The notes: generated by a model not told the origin, from the letters alone. Positions 21,460-33,445 are shown, counted from the stretch's first letter. The stretch is DNA of 64,000 bases from Macrostomum hystrix (GCA_950097015.1 CATNEN010000033.1:1798001-1862000), one strand, 5' to 3'. Translations and numbers: made by a program.

Positions 21460-24400
21460 TGTTACGTTTGAAGATCACGAAGGCACTTGGGTTTGTGAAT
21501 TGCAGAAGAGCGTTATTAGAGCAGCTCCAAGTTGGCATGAGCCTAAAGCTCGCTGTTATATTTCTTTACCCTTAAGGGGCATTGAAGCTTCTAGCAAACA
21601 AGATGTACAGTAGCATTTTGCCTCAATGGCACATAGACTACTTTTAGACGAGAATAAGTCTATAAATAAATCAGCATAGCATGCAGCATATGCAACACCC
21701 CCCACCGATGCTGAAAAACGTCAGTAACCCAAACGATCAGGGGGTCGACGTTGGCGAGAACTCCGCCTCAGTTCTTGCGCCGTTTCCGTAGCTTGATTAG
21801 CCGTGACGTCGGTAGTTTTTTCCTCCGAGACGGGTTTTTGATTCTGGTCGGAATCAGATCCGTCAGTCACGTCATGAAGCTTTGGTATAATATCCGATTG
21901 ATGTACCAGCCGACCCTTGTCGTCACGAAAGGTATTGGTTCCGACGGAAGTAGTAATCATTGACGGAACCCTCTCTTCCTTGTGTTCCACACGAATGAAG
22001 ACTGGTTCGGCTTGTAGTCGAGGTTGAATCCAGTCAGTGCACACTCTTGACAAGCGAGTTCTTGGCAGTTGAAGAAACACCAAACCAGCAGGAATAGAAC
22101 CATTGCATTGCGGTGTAGTATTGTGAAACAGACAGAACGCGATTGCAATTCGCTCTAGTTCAGCCGCGTCAGAAGTAGCGTTTGACTTCTTTAGATGAAA
22201 TTTAAACTCTTCTATTATCCGCTCCACTTGCCCATTCGACTGATGGTGACCTGGAGGAGTCAGAAGGTGCTGAACGAAGTTCTCCTTTAGGAACGTGGCG
22301 AATTCGGCGGACGTGAAATTTGTACCGTTGTCTGTCACCAAGGTTTGTGGGAGACCCATGTAATTAAATGTTTGTCGAAATGCCCGAATTACAGATTGCG
22401 ATTTCATTGAATCGATATGCCGAACATCCGCCCACTTCGAGAATGCGTCTACTAGCACTAGGAATCGGTGTCCTTTGAATATCGCGACGTCTGCGTGTAC
22501 TCTCTCGAAGAACGTCTGCGCATCTTCCCAAGAGGATAAATTGGAGTTAGTTCGCTTTCTTGCGTGAAGCTGACACTGTGCACACCTTCGAACGAAGCAG
22601 TTTATCTGCGTGTCGATTCCTGGCCACCAGAAATACTGTCGTGCCAAACGAATCATGCGCACAACTCCGGGATGATTTTCATGGAGCAGGTGTAAAATTT
22701 CCGTTCGTAATTCACTGGGTGGAACGATCCGCAATCCTTTAAACACAACACCGTTCTGAATAGTATACTCAAGCTTCCCTTTTGAGTAAGGCAACATGAC
22801 TTTCGGTAAGTACTCCGGCCATCCACCCTGAATGTAATGCTTCAGTGTCTGCAGATGGCAGTCATTCGTCTTAGCAATTCGACGCAGTAGATCTTCGGAA
22901 TTCGCAAAAGTGTCCAGGGCATTTATTGACAGTAGGTTGACGGATTCCTTCGTTATGCAATTGCCATTTGGAAGTCGCGACAGAGTATCAGCGGCGTACA
23001 TCGAATCGCCTTTGGAATATTCGATCTTGTAGTCATACGCTCGTAGAATGAGCGACCAGCGTTGAAGCCTGGCGGAAACACGTTCAGAAGATTTATGGTG
23101 ATCGAAAATGAACTGAAGCGGTCTGTGGTCTGATAGAATTGTAAATCTTCTTCCGGCGAGAAACTGGTGGAAATACTTAACTCCTTCGACGATAGCCAGC
23201 GCCTCTCGTTCGATATTTGCATAATTACCCTCTGCGGGTGTGAGCACTCTGCTTCCGAGCCAAACAATCTGTCTCTGCTCTCTGTCATGAGAGAGCACGA
23301 ACCCCAATCCATCCTTTGACGCATCACAAGTCAGAAACAGACGCTTTGACGAGTCGTAAGCAGTTATCGCTCCTTGTCGGATACTTTGCTTCAATCTCTT
23401 GAAGGCCTGTGAATGCTCTTTGTTCCAGAACCAGTGCTGTCCTTTCTTCAATAATGAATACAACGGTCGAGCGATGATAGAAAAATTCTTGCAGAACAGA
23501 CCGTAGTGTCGAAGAGTACACAAGGCGCTTTTTAATTGGTCTTTATCAGTGGGATCTGGCATATTTTCCCATGCTTCTATTCTCGCTGGATCAGGCTCGA
23601 GCTTGCCGTTGTGGATAATGAACCCGAGAAACTTGACGCTTTGTAGGCATTCCTGTGACTTGCGGGCGTTAATCTTGAACCCATTGTCAGCCAAACGCTG
23701 CTTTACCTTGTTTAGCACCAGGATGTGTTGTTGTCGGTCTCCGGGAGTTCCAATTATTATATCGTCTTGATACGAAGCAGTGCATTCTACGTTTCTGAGC
23801 ACATCATCCATGACTTCTTGGAAGATTAATGGTGCTGCGGAAATTCCAAACTGAAGACTTTTGAAAGCGAAGTAGCCCAGGTGCGTAGATATGCAGGTAA
23901 GTTTCTGGCTCTCAGGAGAAAGCGCAACTTGAAGAAACGCGTCTTCTAAATCCAAGACTGAATAGTACTTGGCATTAGGAATTTTAGAAAGGATTTCTTC
24001 TAGCTTTGGAAGCTTGTAGCGATCGGCATCGATTATGCGATTAAGCGTGACTGAGTAGTCGCCACATAGACGTATTGGTCTCGCTGAGCCTTGCTGCTTT
24101 AAAACTGGAACAATTGGCGCAGAAACGGTTGGTTCTTCCACTGGATATATAATGCCTGCATTTAGCAGTCGCTTGAGCTCGGTCTCAACCATGGACTTCA
24201 TAGAAAAGGGCAAAGATCTGGCTGGATATCGCATGCCGTCCGTTCTAGCATCTGAGCGGAGGCGGAAACTCGCGAGAAATCTCGAATTTGCATCACGCAC
24301 CACTGGCATGCAAAGAAGATCTTCTGAAATACTTCCGTCGATGTGTAGTATGTGCAGGCGCGATAGGAAATCCATTCCCAGTATAGCCAATAAATCGCTG

Positions 24401-25814
24401 CCTACATACACTTTTCCCGTGGCAGATCTTCCATCGGACAGAGTAATCGTTGCATCCTGAATGACTGAGTATATTTCTGGCTGGAATCCGCCGTACGACT
24501 TAAGCGTTTTAGTAACTGGTTTGAATTTCAGATTGGAACCGTCAGCAACGTGCTTGGGTATGATGGTAACTTGACTGCCTGTATCTACCAACATCTTAGC
24601 ACTCGCGTCTCCAATCTTGCATGTAACAAACCACTGATCCGTTGAATGACGATCTCCGATGTCGGTTGTCGCGTAGATTGCTCCTACATGCCCATGGCTA
24701 GAATCCTCTGATCGGCACACGTTCTGCAGAGTATTAACGGTCTTGGAGCGACAAACTGCTGCCAGGTGTCCAACCTTCCCACACTTTCGGCACTGCGCAT
24801 CCCTAAATCGGCACTTTGACCTGACGTGTCCTGCTTTTCCACATGTGTGGCAGTGACCAGTTTCACGAGGCTTTGTCGGTCCTTTGCGGTTGTCCAAACT
24901 GTGCTGCTGCTTGTGGGCAGGCGTCTTTTCTGGTCTTACCCATCCGGAATGACTCTTCTTCTGCACCGCCGCGATTGTATCCGGCTTGCTTGTTGCCATC
25001 CTAATCGACTCAGACAGCAAACCTTCTTGTATCGCGCCTTCCAAAGTGACATCCTCTCTTGAAAGAAGCTTTTGCTTTAGCACTTGATTCCGCAAGCCAA
25101 ATATGTACTGCGACAGAATTAGTTCGTCTCGGAGATCACCGAATCTGCATTTGTTGGCTTGGCGCTTCAGACATTCGATGTAGGTAGCAATCGATTCACC
25201 CTCCTTTTGCACCATGGAGTGAAGCACGTGTCTCTCATAGTGAAGCAATGTTTTGGGCTTAAAATGTGCGGTTAGCGAATTCTGGATATCATCGAACGTT
25301 ACTTCCTCCTTCGTGATGTCTTTTGGCTTTGCAAGCTCTTCTATCAGTGTGAAGGCTGCGTCTCCGCATGTCGCTAGAAGTACTGCTTTGGAGTGAGCTT
25401 GCTTCCCTGAAGCCACCAGGTAAAACTGCAGTCTTTTGAAATACTGCTCGATCTCGGGATAAGAAAGAGGCAGTTCTCCAAGTCTAAAATCCAACGGCTG
25501 AGTCATCACTCCTGCGAACGTAAGGTAGTCAGTACACAGCTTCTTCAGTGAATCCAGTGGTTTTTCCTCGTCGCCATGTTACGTTTGAAGATCACGAAGG
25601 CACTTGGGTTTGTGAATTGCAGAAGAGCGTTATGAGAGCAGCTCCAAGTTGGCATGAGCCTAAAGCTCGCTGTTATATTTCTTTACCCTTAAGGGGCATT
25701 GAAGCTTCTAGCAAACAAGATGTACAGTAGCATTTTGCCTCAATGGCACATAGACTACTTTTAGACGAGAATAAGTCTATAAATAAATCAGCATAGCATG
25801 CAGCATATGCAACA
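21460..25814 (-). mobile_element. Full-length Ty3/gypsy LTR retrotransposon A
   Basis: 238-bp TG..CA LTRs 21460-21697 and 25577-25814 (1 mismatch seen), 5-bp TSD GCACT, PBS tggcgacgagg, G-rich PPT. Confidence 0.97.
21721..25509 (-). CDS. Intact gag-pol polyprotein (1262 aa) of Ty3/gypsy element A
   Basis: Two CCHC knuckles, protease LVDTGS, RT YQDD, RNase H CDASKDG/DHRPL, integrase HHCC and D,D35E (VHAD, VTDNG, VER). Confidence 0.95.
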   Translation of the reverse strand: MMTQPLDFRLGELPLSYPEIEQYFKRLQFYLVASGKQAHSKAVLLATCGDAAFTLIEELAKPKDITKEEVTFDDIQNSLTAHFKPKTLLHYERHVLHSMVQKEGESIATYIECLKRQANKCRFGDLRDELILSQYIFGLRNQVLKQKLLSREDVTLEGAIQEGLLSESIRMATSKPDTIAAVQKKSHSGWVRPEKTPAHKQQHSLDNRKGPTKPRETGHCHTCGKAGHVRSKCRFRDAQCRKCGKVGHLAAVCRSKTVNTLQNVCRSEDSSHGHVGAIYATTDIGDRHSTDQWFVTCKIGDASAKMLVDTGSQVTIIPKHVADGSNLKFKPVTKTLKSYGGFQPEIYSVIQDATITLSDGRSATGKVYVGSDLLAILGMDFLSRLHILHIDGSISEDLLCMPVVRDANSRFLASFRLRSDARTDGMRYPARSLPFSMKSMVETELKRLLNAGIIYPVEEPTVSAPIVPVLKQQGSARPIRLCGDYSVTLNRIIDADRYKLPKLEEILSKIPNAKYYSVLDLEDAFLQVALSPESQKLTCISTHLGYFAFKSLQFGISAAPLIFQEVMDDVLRNVECTASYQDDIIIGTPGDRQQHILVLNKVKQRLADNGFKINARKSQECLQSVKFLGFIIHNGKLEPDPARIEAWENMPDPTDKDQLKSALCTLRHYGLFCKNFSIIARPLYSLLKKGQHWFWNKEHSQAFKRLKQSIRQGAITAYDSSKRLFLTCDASKDGLGFVLSHDREQRQIVWLGSRVLTPAEGNYANIEREALAIVEGVKYFHQFLAGRRFTILSDHRPLQFIFDHHKSSERVSARLQRWSLILRAYDYKIEYSKGDSMYAADTLSRLPNGNCITKESVNLLSINALDTFANSEDLLRRIAKTNDCHLQTLKHYIQGGWPEYLPKVMLPYSKGKLEYTIQNGVVFKGLRIVPPSELRTEILHLLHENHPGVVRMIRLARQYFWWPGIDTQINCFVRRCAQCQLHARKRTNSNLSSWEDAQTFFERVHADVAIFKGHRFLVLVDAFSKWADVRHIDSMKSQSVIRAFRQTFNYMGLPQTLVTDNGTNFTSAEFATFLKENFVQHLLTPPGHHQSNGQVERIIEEFKFHLKKSNATSDAAELERIAIAFCLFHNTTPQCNGSIPAGLVFLQLPRTRLSRVCTDWIQPRLQAEPVFIRVEHKEERVPSMITTSVGTNTFRDDKGRLVHQSDIIPKLHDVTDGSDSDQNQKPVSEEKTTDVTANQATETAQELRRSSRQRRPPDRLGY

Positions 25815-26772
25815 GCACTAATTAATGCAGAATAAGTTTTTCATTTTTTAATTTTATGACTTTATAATTATTTACTCGTATAATTAGTTATGCTCAAAAT
25901 GCTCAATTAATTGCAGCTAAAAATTGCTTTTTTTTCATTTATATTTTTTTCTCCTAAATCAATCCAAAGAATTGCGTTTGTACTTTTTCGTGCTAGGTGT
26001 TCAAATTAAGAGGCAGAAAAACAAAACACCTAAACCAACTTCCAAATGAAAGGATTTAGTACATCGATCTTTTTTTTGTATTACAACTCTGCTTTCAGAA
26101 AAGCCGCTCACATCTGGAAAGAAGGCTCAAATGCTCGAAGCTTACGCCTGTTTCATAAAGCGAAAGGTCCTGCCTGGAAAGAAGGACATCGTGTCACTTC
26201 GGCCTGAGAGCCTGGCGAACGTGGACTGGAAACAAATTAAAGACAATCTTGGGGTGGCGATTGGTAAAACTTAAACCGACCGTCATCATACCGTTATTAC
26301 TATTTTGGATAGAAGAGACCCAAATAAAAATGTAATTAACAAAATTTGATAAAAAACTACAGTACTTATAGTAATGATATTAAAATACACTTTATGCATT
26401 AAAATTGTTTCAGGGGAGTTCTAGTTGCCTTTTATCTATGTTTCAACGCTTAGTGTTTACCTTAACTTGCTATTAGCAGACGGAAAGCACGAGACATCCT
26501 AGTAATAGATCGCTGCGTTGGGACACAAGTTCTTGGAATTGTTGAGCCACATTCCTTCAAATTGTTTGGACAAAGTCTTTTGAATTTATGGGGCAGTCCT
26601 TGGAATCGCGTAAAATCAGAAATATTTTCATATCATATCTTCCCAATTATACTCCTTCAATACAGACGTGGAATTCTTTAAAATCTGAAGATATGGTTTG
26701 CCTTTCCATTCTTTGGATTTTAAATTGATTTACCATTTCATGTTTGCCTACGATTGCTAATTGCCCCAAAAA

Positions 26773-27980
26773 ACGATTTTTAAACTGTTGTGTGAACATT
26801 TATTCCATGCTTTTCATTTTACCAACTTTTCATGGTCCAACTTAAGTAAACATTGTTTGTACGTGCTGTGAGCTGCGTCTCACAATGCCCTTGCCCCGAC
26901 CCCTGCGTTCTCTAACCCTTCCACCCCCAGCCACCTGCTCAATCCAATTCTACCCGGCCCCGTCTTAGCCCACTCTCCTTTTCGTTGTTTTTCGCTCGCC
27001 CATTGGCTGCCCCCTGCGCCGTCTTCGCTTTGGGGGGCTAGCCCAATCAGGTCTCTCGACGCCAAAGAGACTTCTGATTGGCTAGCCTTCCTCCTTTGCT
27101 CTCTCTCTCGGCTTTCGACCCTGTGAGTTTTGCCCCCCACCCCCAGCCCTGCGTGGCTTAGCCTCCCCCAGCCCTGCGTGGCTTAGCCTCCCCCAGCCCT
27201 GCGTGGCTTAACCCCACCCCCAGCCCTGCGTGGCTCCGCTCTGCCCCGTCCAGCCCTATGCTCTCGCCCCCACCCCACGCTGTTATTTATTCGCGCGCGC
27301 TGCCCGTGGCCAGCTCGCCCGCGCCGCTCCTCCCGAGTACTATTGTGAGAACGCTGCCCTGAGTTAGAGCGATAACTTAATTAGGAAGTTAGAAGCGAGC
27401 AATCAATACAATAATAAATTACGCAGCCTGAGACACTTCGATTGATATGAGTGCAGCGTTCGATCCCTCCCGGTAAGAAAAGCTTTAACGAGTTATTTAT
27501 TTGTCCGTGCTCCAAACTTGTTCATCTGCCCGACATCTGCTACTTCCCAAGCTCATCATCATCATCTTTCTCCTCCAGAGTCTTCTCTTGAGTCTGCGAA
27601 GCGTCGGTACGCCTCCAGACCGTCATCCACCTCTCTCTGGGGCTGTCGAGTGGCTACCTGCTCGTAGTCAAATCACTCGCGCATCCTTCTGTGCCTGGCT
27701 TAGCGAGTGTCTATACGCTCCAAGCCCATTCCGTTTCCGCTCGGAGTGTCTGAACGCCTCGAGGGTCGCCGCTTCCCATCCCTCATCCCCGGCAAGCTTT
27801 GGGCAGTCTGTACCCGAACCCCGGCCTGCGAGCCGCCGACGGTAGCGGCAACTACAACATTGCTAGCAACATTCTACAACATACGATTTTTAAACTGTTG
27901 TTTGTGTGTGAAACATTTATTCCATGTTTTTCATTTGACCAAATTTTCATGGTCCAACTTAAGTAAACACAGTTTGTACG
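26773..27980. repeat. About 95-bp direct repeats (26773-26863, 27883-27980) flanking a GC-rich 1-kb insert with a 4-copy tandem repeat
   Basis: acgatttttaaactgttg...catggtccaacttaagtaaac..gtttgtacg twice; cccccagccctgcgtggct x4 at ~27140-27235. Confidence 0.8.
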
Positions 27981-28840
27981 ATTTTTTAACTGTTGCTTTT
28001 GTGTGAAACATTTACAACATTCCTTGTTTATTATTTCAGTCTCGCAATTTATAGCTGTGACGAATTCATGCCATTGGGTTGATTACGTCGTCTAAAAGTA
28101 GACGACGCATTTTGCAACCATTAAATAAAAAATCTAGTGTTAGGACGTCTGTGTTGGGACGTGTGTGTGTTCAAGTGTCTGTGTGTGGGAGCAACGATTA
28201 TATTGAAATGCTCAAATGGTATTTCAGAGTTTTCTAGTCGCACAGTTTCGAACAGGTGCCAAGCACAATTCCCTTAAAATACATAGAGTTTGTATAACGA
28301 CCCAAAAATGCATCATGTCAATTGATGTAGATTCTGTCATTAATCTATATATATTAGGGGAATTGTGCTTGGAATACTTGCCAGATTGTGCTATTAGAGT
28401 TGTGCTAGGCACAATTCCCTTAATATATTAGCTTTAAAGCTTTAGAGCTTAAAAGCATGAAACGAATCATCAAATTTATTATCAAATCGTAAATAACAGT
28501 GCTTCATATATGGCTTTTTGTTATGCAAGGGAAAATACTGCTGCTGCTGTTTCTTCTTCTTCTTGCCAGCGCCCTCAACGCTGCTGTTGCAGCTGGGGGC
28601 AGGCGCCTAAAGGCGCCCCAGGGTACGCAGGATCTTGACGACCGCAGACGGGTGGGTGAGCACATCGGCCATCACGTCCGTGGACAGATTCGAGTGTGCT
28701 TCAGTGTCGTCACTGGTCGGAGGTTGATCTGCGTGTCCTGGCTGGAAGGGGAGACTCTTGGTTACTCCCAGCGGTGGCCGGTGTCGTGGCATGACCGCTG
28801 GGTCCAGGGGCACGACGTGGACGTGGTCTCCTAACCCCCG

Positions 28841-31800
28841 TGTAATAACTAAGGCCGAGGCTATTTTTAGTGAGCAGACAAAACTCTCAATCTTTACTGC
28901 CACGCTGAGCGCGCGTCCATATATTATTTGCTAGAACTGGGGTGGCGACACCCACCCCGCTCCGCAACCAATCAAACGACCCAGGTGTACACCTGGGCCT
29001 GGCTCACGTGCGTACGCACACTACATCTCTCCCCCTTCGAACAGAAACTGTGGGGAGACAAAAAAAGAACGAATTCGAGAAGCAAGGATGTCGAAAAGAA
29101 CGAAAAAGAACTCGACCGAAAAAAATATGCAGCTATTGGAGGAAATAAAACACTCGAATTGATAGTCGCATCGGACTTGCAAAGAAAAGCGTGCATGTGA
29201 TTGTTAATGTCAGTAGAAAAGTCAGTTCGTTTTCAGTCCTTGGTTTAGTCCTTGTAGATCTTCACGCCACCCCGTGCAGCGCGGGGGTGCGGGCGCAGCG
29301 CCACCGGGGATTCGGCCGGGTTCCGCGCCGCCTCGCCTGGAGTTTCTGGCGCGGCAGCCTGCGGCCTGGCACCAGCGTCGTCTGATTCTGGGGTGACGAC
29401 CTTGACCGCCGTGCAATGCCGCCAGCAGGCCGCGCCGTCACGACGCAGCATCAGCGAGTTGCCGGCCACCCGCTGGACTGTCCAGGCGCCGCTCTCGAAT
29501 GGCGTTTGCGTCTTGCTGGCACCGACTCGCCGTCGCAGCACCGAATCGCCGACCTGGATTTCGTGCCGCCGTGGCCGCCTCCTGGCGTCCGCTCGCTGCT
29601 TCATCGCGGCCTTGGCGCTCGCATCCATCTCTCGCAGCCGCTGCTCGTTGATGCGGACGCGCTGGGATGGCCGGGCGGCGGGGATGACATCATTTGGTCG
29701 CCGGCCCATCAGCAGCTCGGCTGGCGCGCGGCCCGTGGCTGTGTGCGGCGTGTTCCTGTAGGCCAGCAGCCACTCGTCCAGAGCAGCCCTCCAGTCGCGC
29801 CGCTCCTCGATTGCCGCCCGCACGACCTTGTTGATTGAGCGGTTCAGCCGCTCTGTCATGCCGTTGGCGGCTGGGTAGTAAGGCGTGATGAGGCGGTGCT
29901 TGATGCCGTAGCTTTCTAGGAAACGGCCAAACTCCTTGGATGAAAATGGCGGCCCGTTGTCAGTTACGAGCTCCTGCGGGATGCCAAATCGCGCGAACAT
30001 TTCTCGCAGGCGCGGGACCAGTGCCTCGGCCGTCGTTGTCTGCATGAGCTGCACCTCTGGGAATCTCGAGTATCTGTCCACGCACACCAGCAGCATGTTG
30101 TTTTTGATCGGGCCTACAAAGTCAGCCCCAATCGACAACCAGGCGCCCTTAGGGATAGGCGTCGGCTGTAGAGGCGTAGCCCGGACGGCTGGCGTGTGAG
30201 ACGTGATGGCACAGCTGCGGCACCGACTGACGAACTCCTCCGCTTGTGTTGCCATTCTCGGCCACCAGACCTTGCTGCTGAGCCTTGCGGTCGTCTTCTG
30301 CGAGCACTGGTGTCCTTGGTGCGCCAGCTCGAGCATCTGCTGCCGTAGAGCTGCTGGCACGACAATCCGCTGATGCCGAAGGAGAACTCCGTCTACCGCC
30401 GACAGCTCCTCTCGCAGCGCGTGGAGTGACCGCATCTCAGCGCTAGAGCGGTCCCATTGGCCGCCTTGCATCGCTGCTATCGCTGCCCGGATAACTGGGT
30501 CGCTGGCTGAGCTCTTGCGGATGTCTTCGAGCGTGAGCGCCTTCGGGCCGGCCGCCTGTGCTACCTCGTTTATGTAGGCCTCTCTCAGCTGCTCGCTGGT
30601 CCTACGTCCTTCAGCGCTTAGAGGCTGCCTGCTGAGTATGTCTGCAGCATTGGACGCTCCTGGCTGGTATTCGACCTTGAATACCAGGTGCTGGATACGC
30701 AGCGCCATACGCTCGACTCGTGGAGGCGGCCGTGACCCTGGCGCATACATGGCTGTCAGCGGCTTGTGGTCGGAGATCACCGTGAATTCGGGCGATCCAT
30801 ACAAGTAGTACTCAAACTTCAGGCAGCCGAACTTCACGGCGAGCGCCTCTTTTTCGGTCTGCGAATATCGCCGCTCTACGTCGGAGAGGGTCCGGCTCGC
30901 GTATGCGACTGGTCGCGAACTGCCGTCGTGCTGTACTTGCGCCAGGATTGCGCCGAGTCCGGTTGGTCCCGCGTCCACAATCAGCTGTGTCCGTAGCCGC
31001 TTGTCGTAGAATGCCAGCGTTGTCGGCTACGCAATGCTGCGCTTTAGCTGCGCAAAGGCGCTGGCCTGGTCGGCGCCCCACTGCCAGTCGGTGTTCTTCC
31101 GGGTCAGGCGTCGCAGCGGCTCCGCCACCTTGGCCAGCTGTGGCGTGAATACTGCGAGATAATTCACGAGGCCCAAGAACGATCGAAGTTGGCTTATCGT
31201 CTCTGGCTCCTTGAATTCTTGAACGGCGGCGACCTTGCTTTCTGTGGCTTGGACTCCTTCGGCCGTCAGTCGCATTCCCATAAACTCAATGCTGCTGCGT
31301 GCCAACCTGCATTTTCGAGCATTTAGCGTGATGCCGTGTTGCGCCAGGCGGGCCAGGCAGGCCTCGAGGCTGCTGTTGTGCTCCGCCATCGTGCGGCCGA
31401 ACACGACCACGTCGTCGTGGATCCATTTTACGTTGGGCAGGCCTGCCAGCACTCTGCACATCACGCTCTGTAGGATCTCCTGTGAGGTGGACAGGCCCAT
31501 GCACAGCCGAGTGAGACGCCGAAGTCCTCGGGGTGTCGAGAATGTCAGCAGATTGCGGCATTCTTCTGCTACAGGCACCTGGTAGAACGCCTTCGCGATG
31601 TCCAGTTCCGAGAAGACGGTGCTGCCGGCCATGTCTCCCGTCACCTCTTCAAAAGTCGGAATCTGGTGACGCTCGCGGATGACATAGCGATTGACATCGC
31701 GGAGGTCCTGTGTGATCCGCACTTCGCCTGGCTCCTTCTTGGGCACAACGACCATCCGCGCGACCCACGGAACTGGACCGTCGACGGGCTCGATGATTCC

Positions 31801-33445
31801 GAGCTGCTCCAGTAGCTGCAGCTCCTTGTCCACTGCCTCGGCCAGGTGAATCGGTACCTTAGACGGTGCGTGACAAACCGGTCGGGCGTTGTCGGTCAGG
31901 TGGATGCTGACTGGCGGCCCGGTGAAACAGCCGATGCCGCTGAGCACGCTGGAGTACTTGCGCAGTATCCTGCCAAGGGCATCTTGGGGCATTCCACTAG
32001 ATCTCGTGTTGCCGAGGAGGCTGTCGACAGCCGCCTCCGCTTCCGCGACCTGCAGCACCTGATGATCGACCGTCGGTGGTGGTCCGATCCGCAGGATTTC
32101 CATTTGAGTGGCCGTCTGCCTGCCGATGATGGTGATGCCTCTGCCTTCGACAACGTGAAATGTGGCGACCGCCCGTCGGCCGAATAAGCGGATGGACATC
32201 GCCGCCTTGCCGATGAGTTGCATCGGCCGGTCCGAGCCGTACGCGAACAACCTGTCAGAGGCTGCTTGCAGACGCGGCCGCTGTTTAAGGCTCTCAAACG
32301 TTGCGCGGTTGATCACATTGCGAGCCGCCCCGCTGTCGATCAGCACTGACAGTCTGGTGCCGTTGATCTCAGCTACTGTGTGGGCGGATTGCTCCTCCTG
32401 GTCGACCTTGAATATGCCGGTGTCCGAGTCGTCCACCCTCTCGTAGCTGGTCTCACCTTGCAGCATCGCGACAGCATTCGAATTGCTTTGGGGCGCCTCC
32501 TGCCTGGACCTGCAAGCTCGGGCGAAGTGGCCTGGCTTTCCGCACTTTCTGCAGCTCTTGCCTTGCGCCGCGGCGCACGTGGAGTGCCCTGGCCTGCCGC
32601 ACCGATTGCAGCGCACCTGCGGCCCTGGTGGCTGCTCGGCTCTCCGGATGGCTGCGAGTTGCTGCTGCGGCTCACCTGGCCTGCCGTTCTCCATCGCGCT
32701 GGCCTGCTGCTCCGCCGCTTCTTTGGCTCTCGCCTTCCTCAGCACATCTGTCAGGGAGATGTCGTTGCTCTGTAGGAAGTCTCTCCTCAGCCTCTCGGAG
32801 TCACAGTAGGCGACGATTTTGTCTCGGATCAGCGAGTCCTTGATCGCTCCAAACTCGCACGGCTCCGCCGCCTTGCGCAGGCGCTGGTACCACTGGTCGA
32901 TTGTCTCGCCTTGCTGTTGTCTGCAGGTCTCGAACTTGAAGCGGAGGAACACGATGCTGTTCTTGCCGTCCCAGAATTCCTGGATATTCTTTGCGAGGCT
33001 GCTGTAGTCTTCCCCAGCGTCAATTTCATTCTCTTCGACGATGGTCTGCAGCTCCTCTCCCGCGGCGTACAACAGCAGGTGCTGCCCTCGCTTTGCGTCA
33101 TGATCCCAGCTGCGTTAATGTATGTGGCGAACTGGCGAGCCCATGCAGTCCAGCGCTGTGCAGTTGAGTGGCAATCGCTATCGATAACAAACTGGCCGGG
33201 AGGCGCGAGAGAAATTTGCTCAGTCATGGTGCACTAGGGGTTCGGTGCTTGCGATGCCATTGTAATAACTAAGGCCGAGGCTATTTTTAGTGAGCAGACA
33301 AAACTCTCAATCTTTACTGCCACGCTGAGCGCGCGTCCATATATTATTTGCTAGAACTGGGGTGGCGACACCCACCCCGCTCCGCAACCAATCAAACGAC
33401 CCAGGTGTACACCTGGGCCTGGCTCACGTGCGTACGCACACTACA
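28841..33445 (-). mobile_element. Full-length Ty3/gypsy LTR retrotransposon B with disrupted gag-pol
   Basis: Identical 185-bp LTRs 28841-29025 and 33261-33445, TSD CCCCG, PBS tggcatcgc, PPT gaagggggagaga; gag-pol 33227-29245 with a frameshift near 33095 and an in-frame TAG at 31029-31027. Confidence 0.97.

Larger units (their letters stand above)
20771..26275 (+). pseudogene. YR5: internally deleted tyrosine recombinase of a third family (CryptonV-like), interrupted by an LTR element
   Basis: GDFVHNKVVLAKNKGELIVARR..FLPCHKC..LLYRHKETC fused directly to DLKENELDWLARHLGHDIAVHSQFYR..VSKIL; C-terminal FIKRKVLPGKKD..VDWKQIK at ~26150-26275 beyond the Ty3 insertion; 15-bp (ATEGM) repeats at 21190-21250. 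Confidence 0.75.

Noticed and set aside
28499-28840. Signal-peptide-like ORF (MQGKILLLLFLLLLASALNA...) cut by Ty3 B
   Set aside because: The hydrophobic stretch comes from CTG/CTT microsatellites and nothing else supports a gene
29393-33237. Numerous + strand ORFs over Ty3 element B
   Set aside because: Antisense shadows of GC-rich gag-pol with no recognisable motifs
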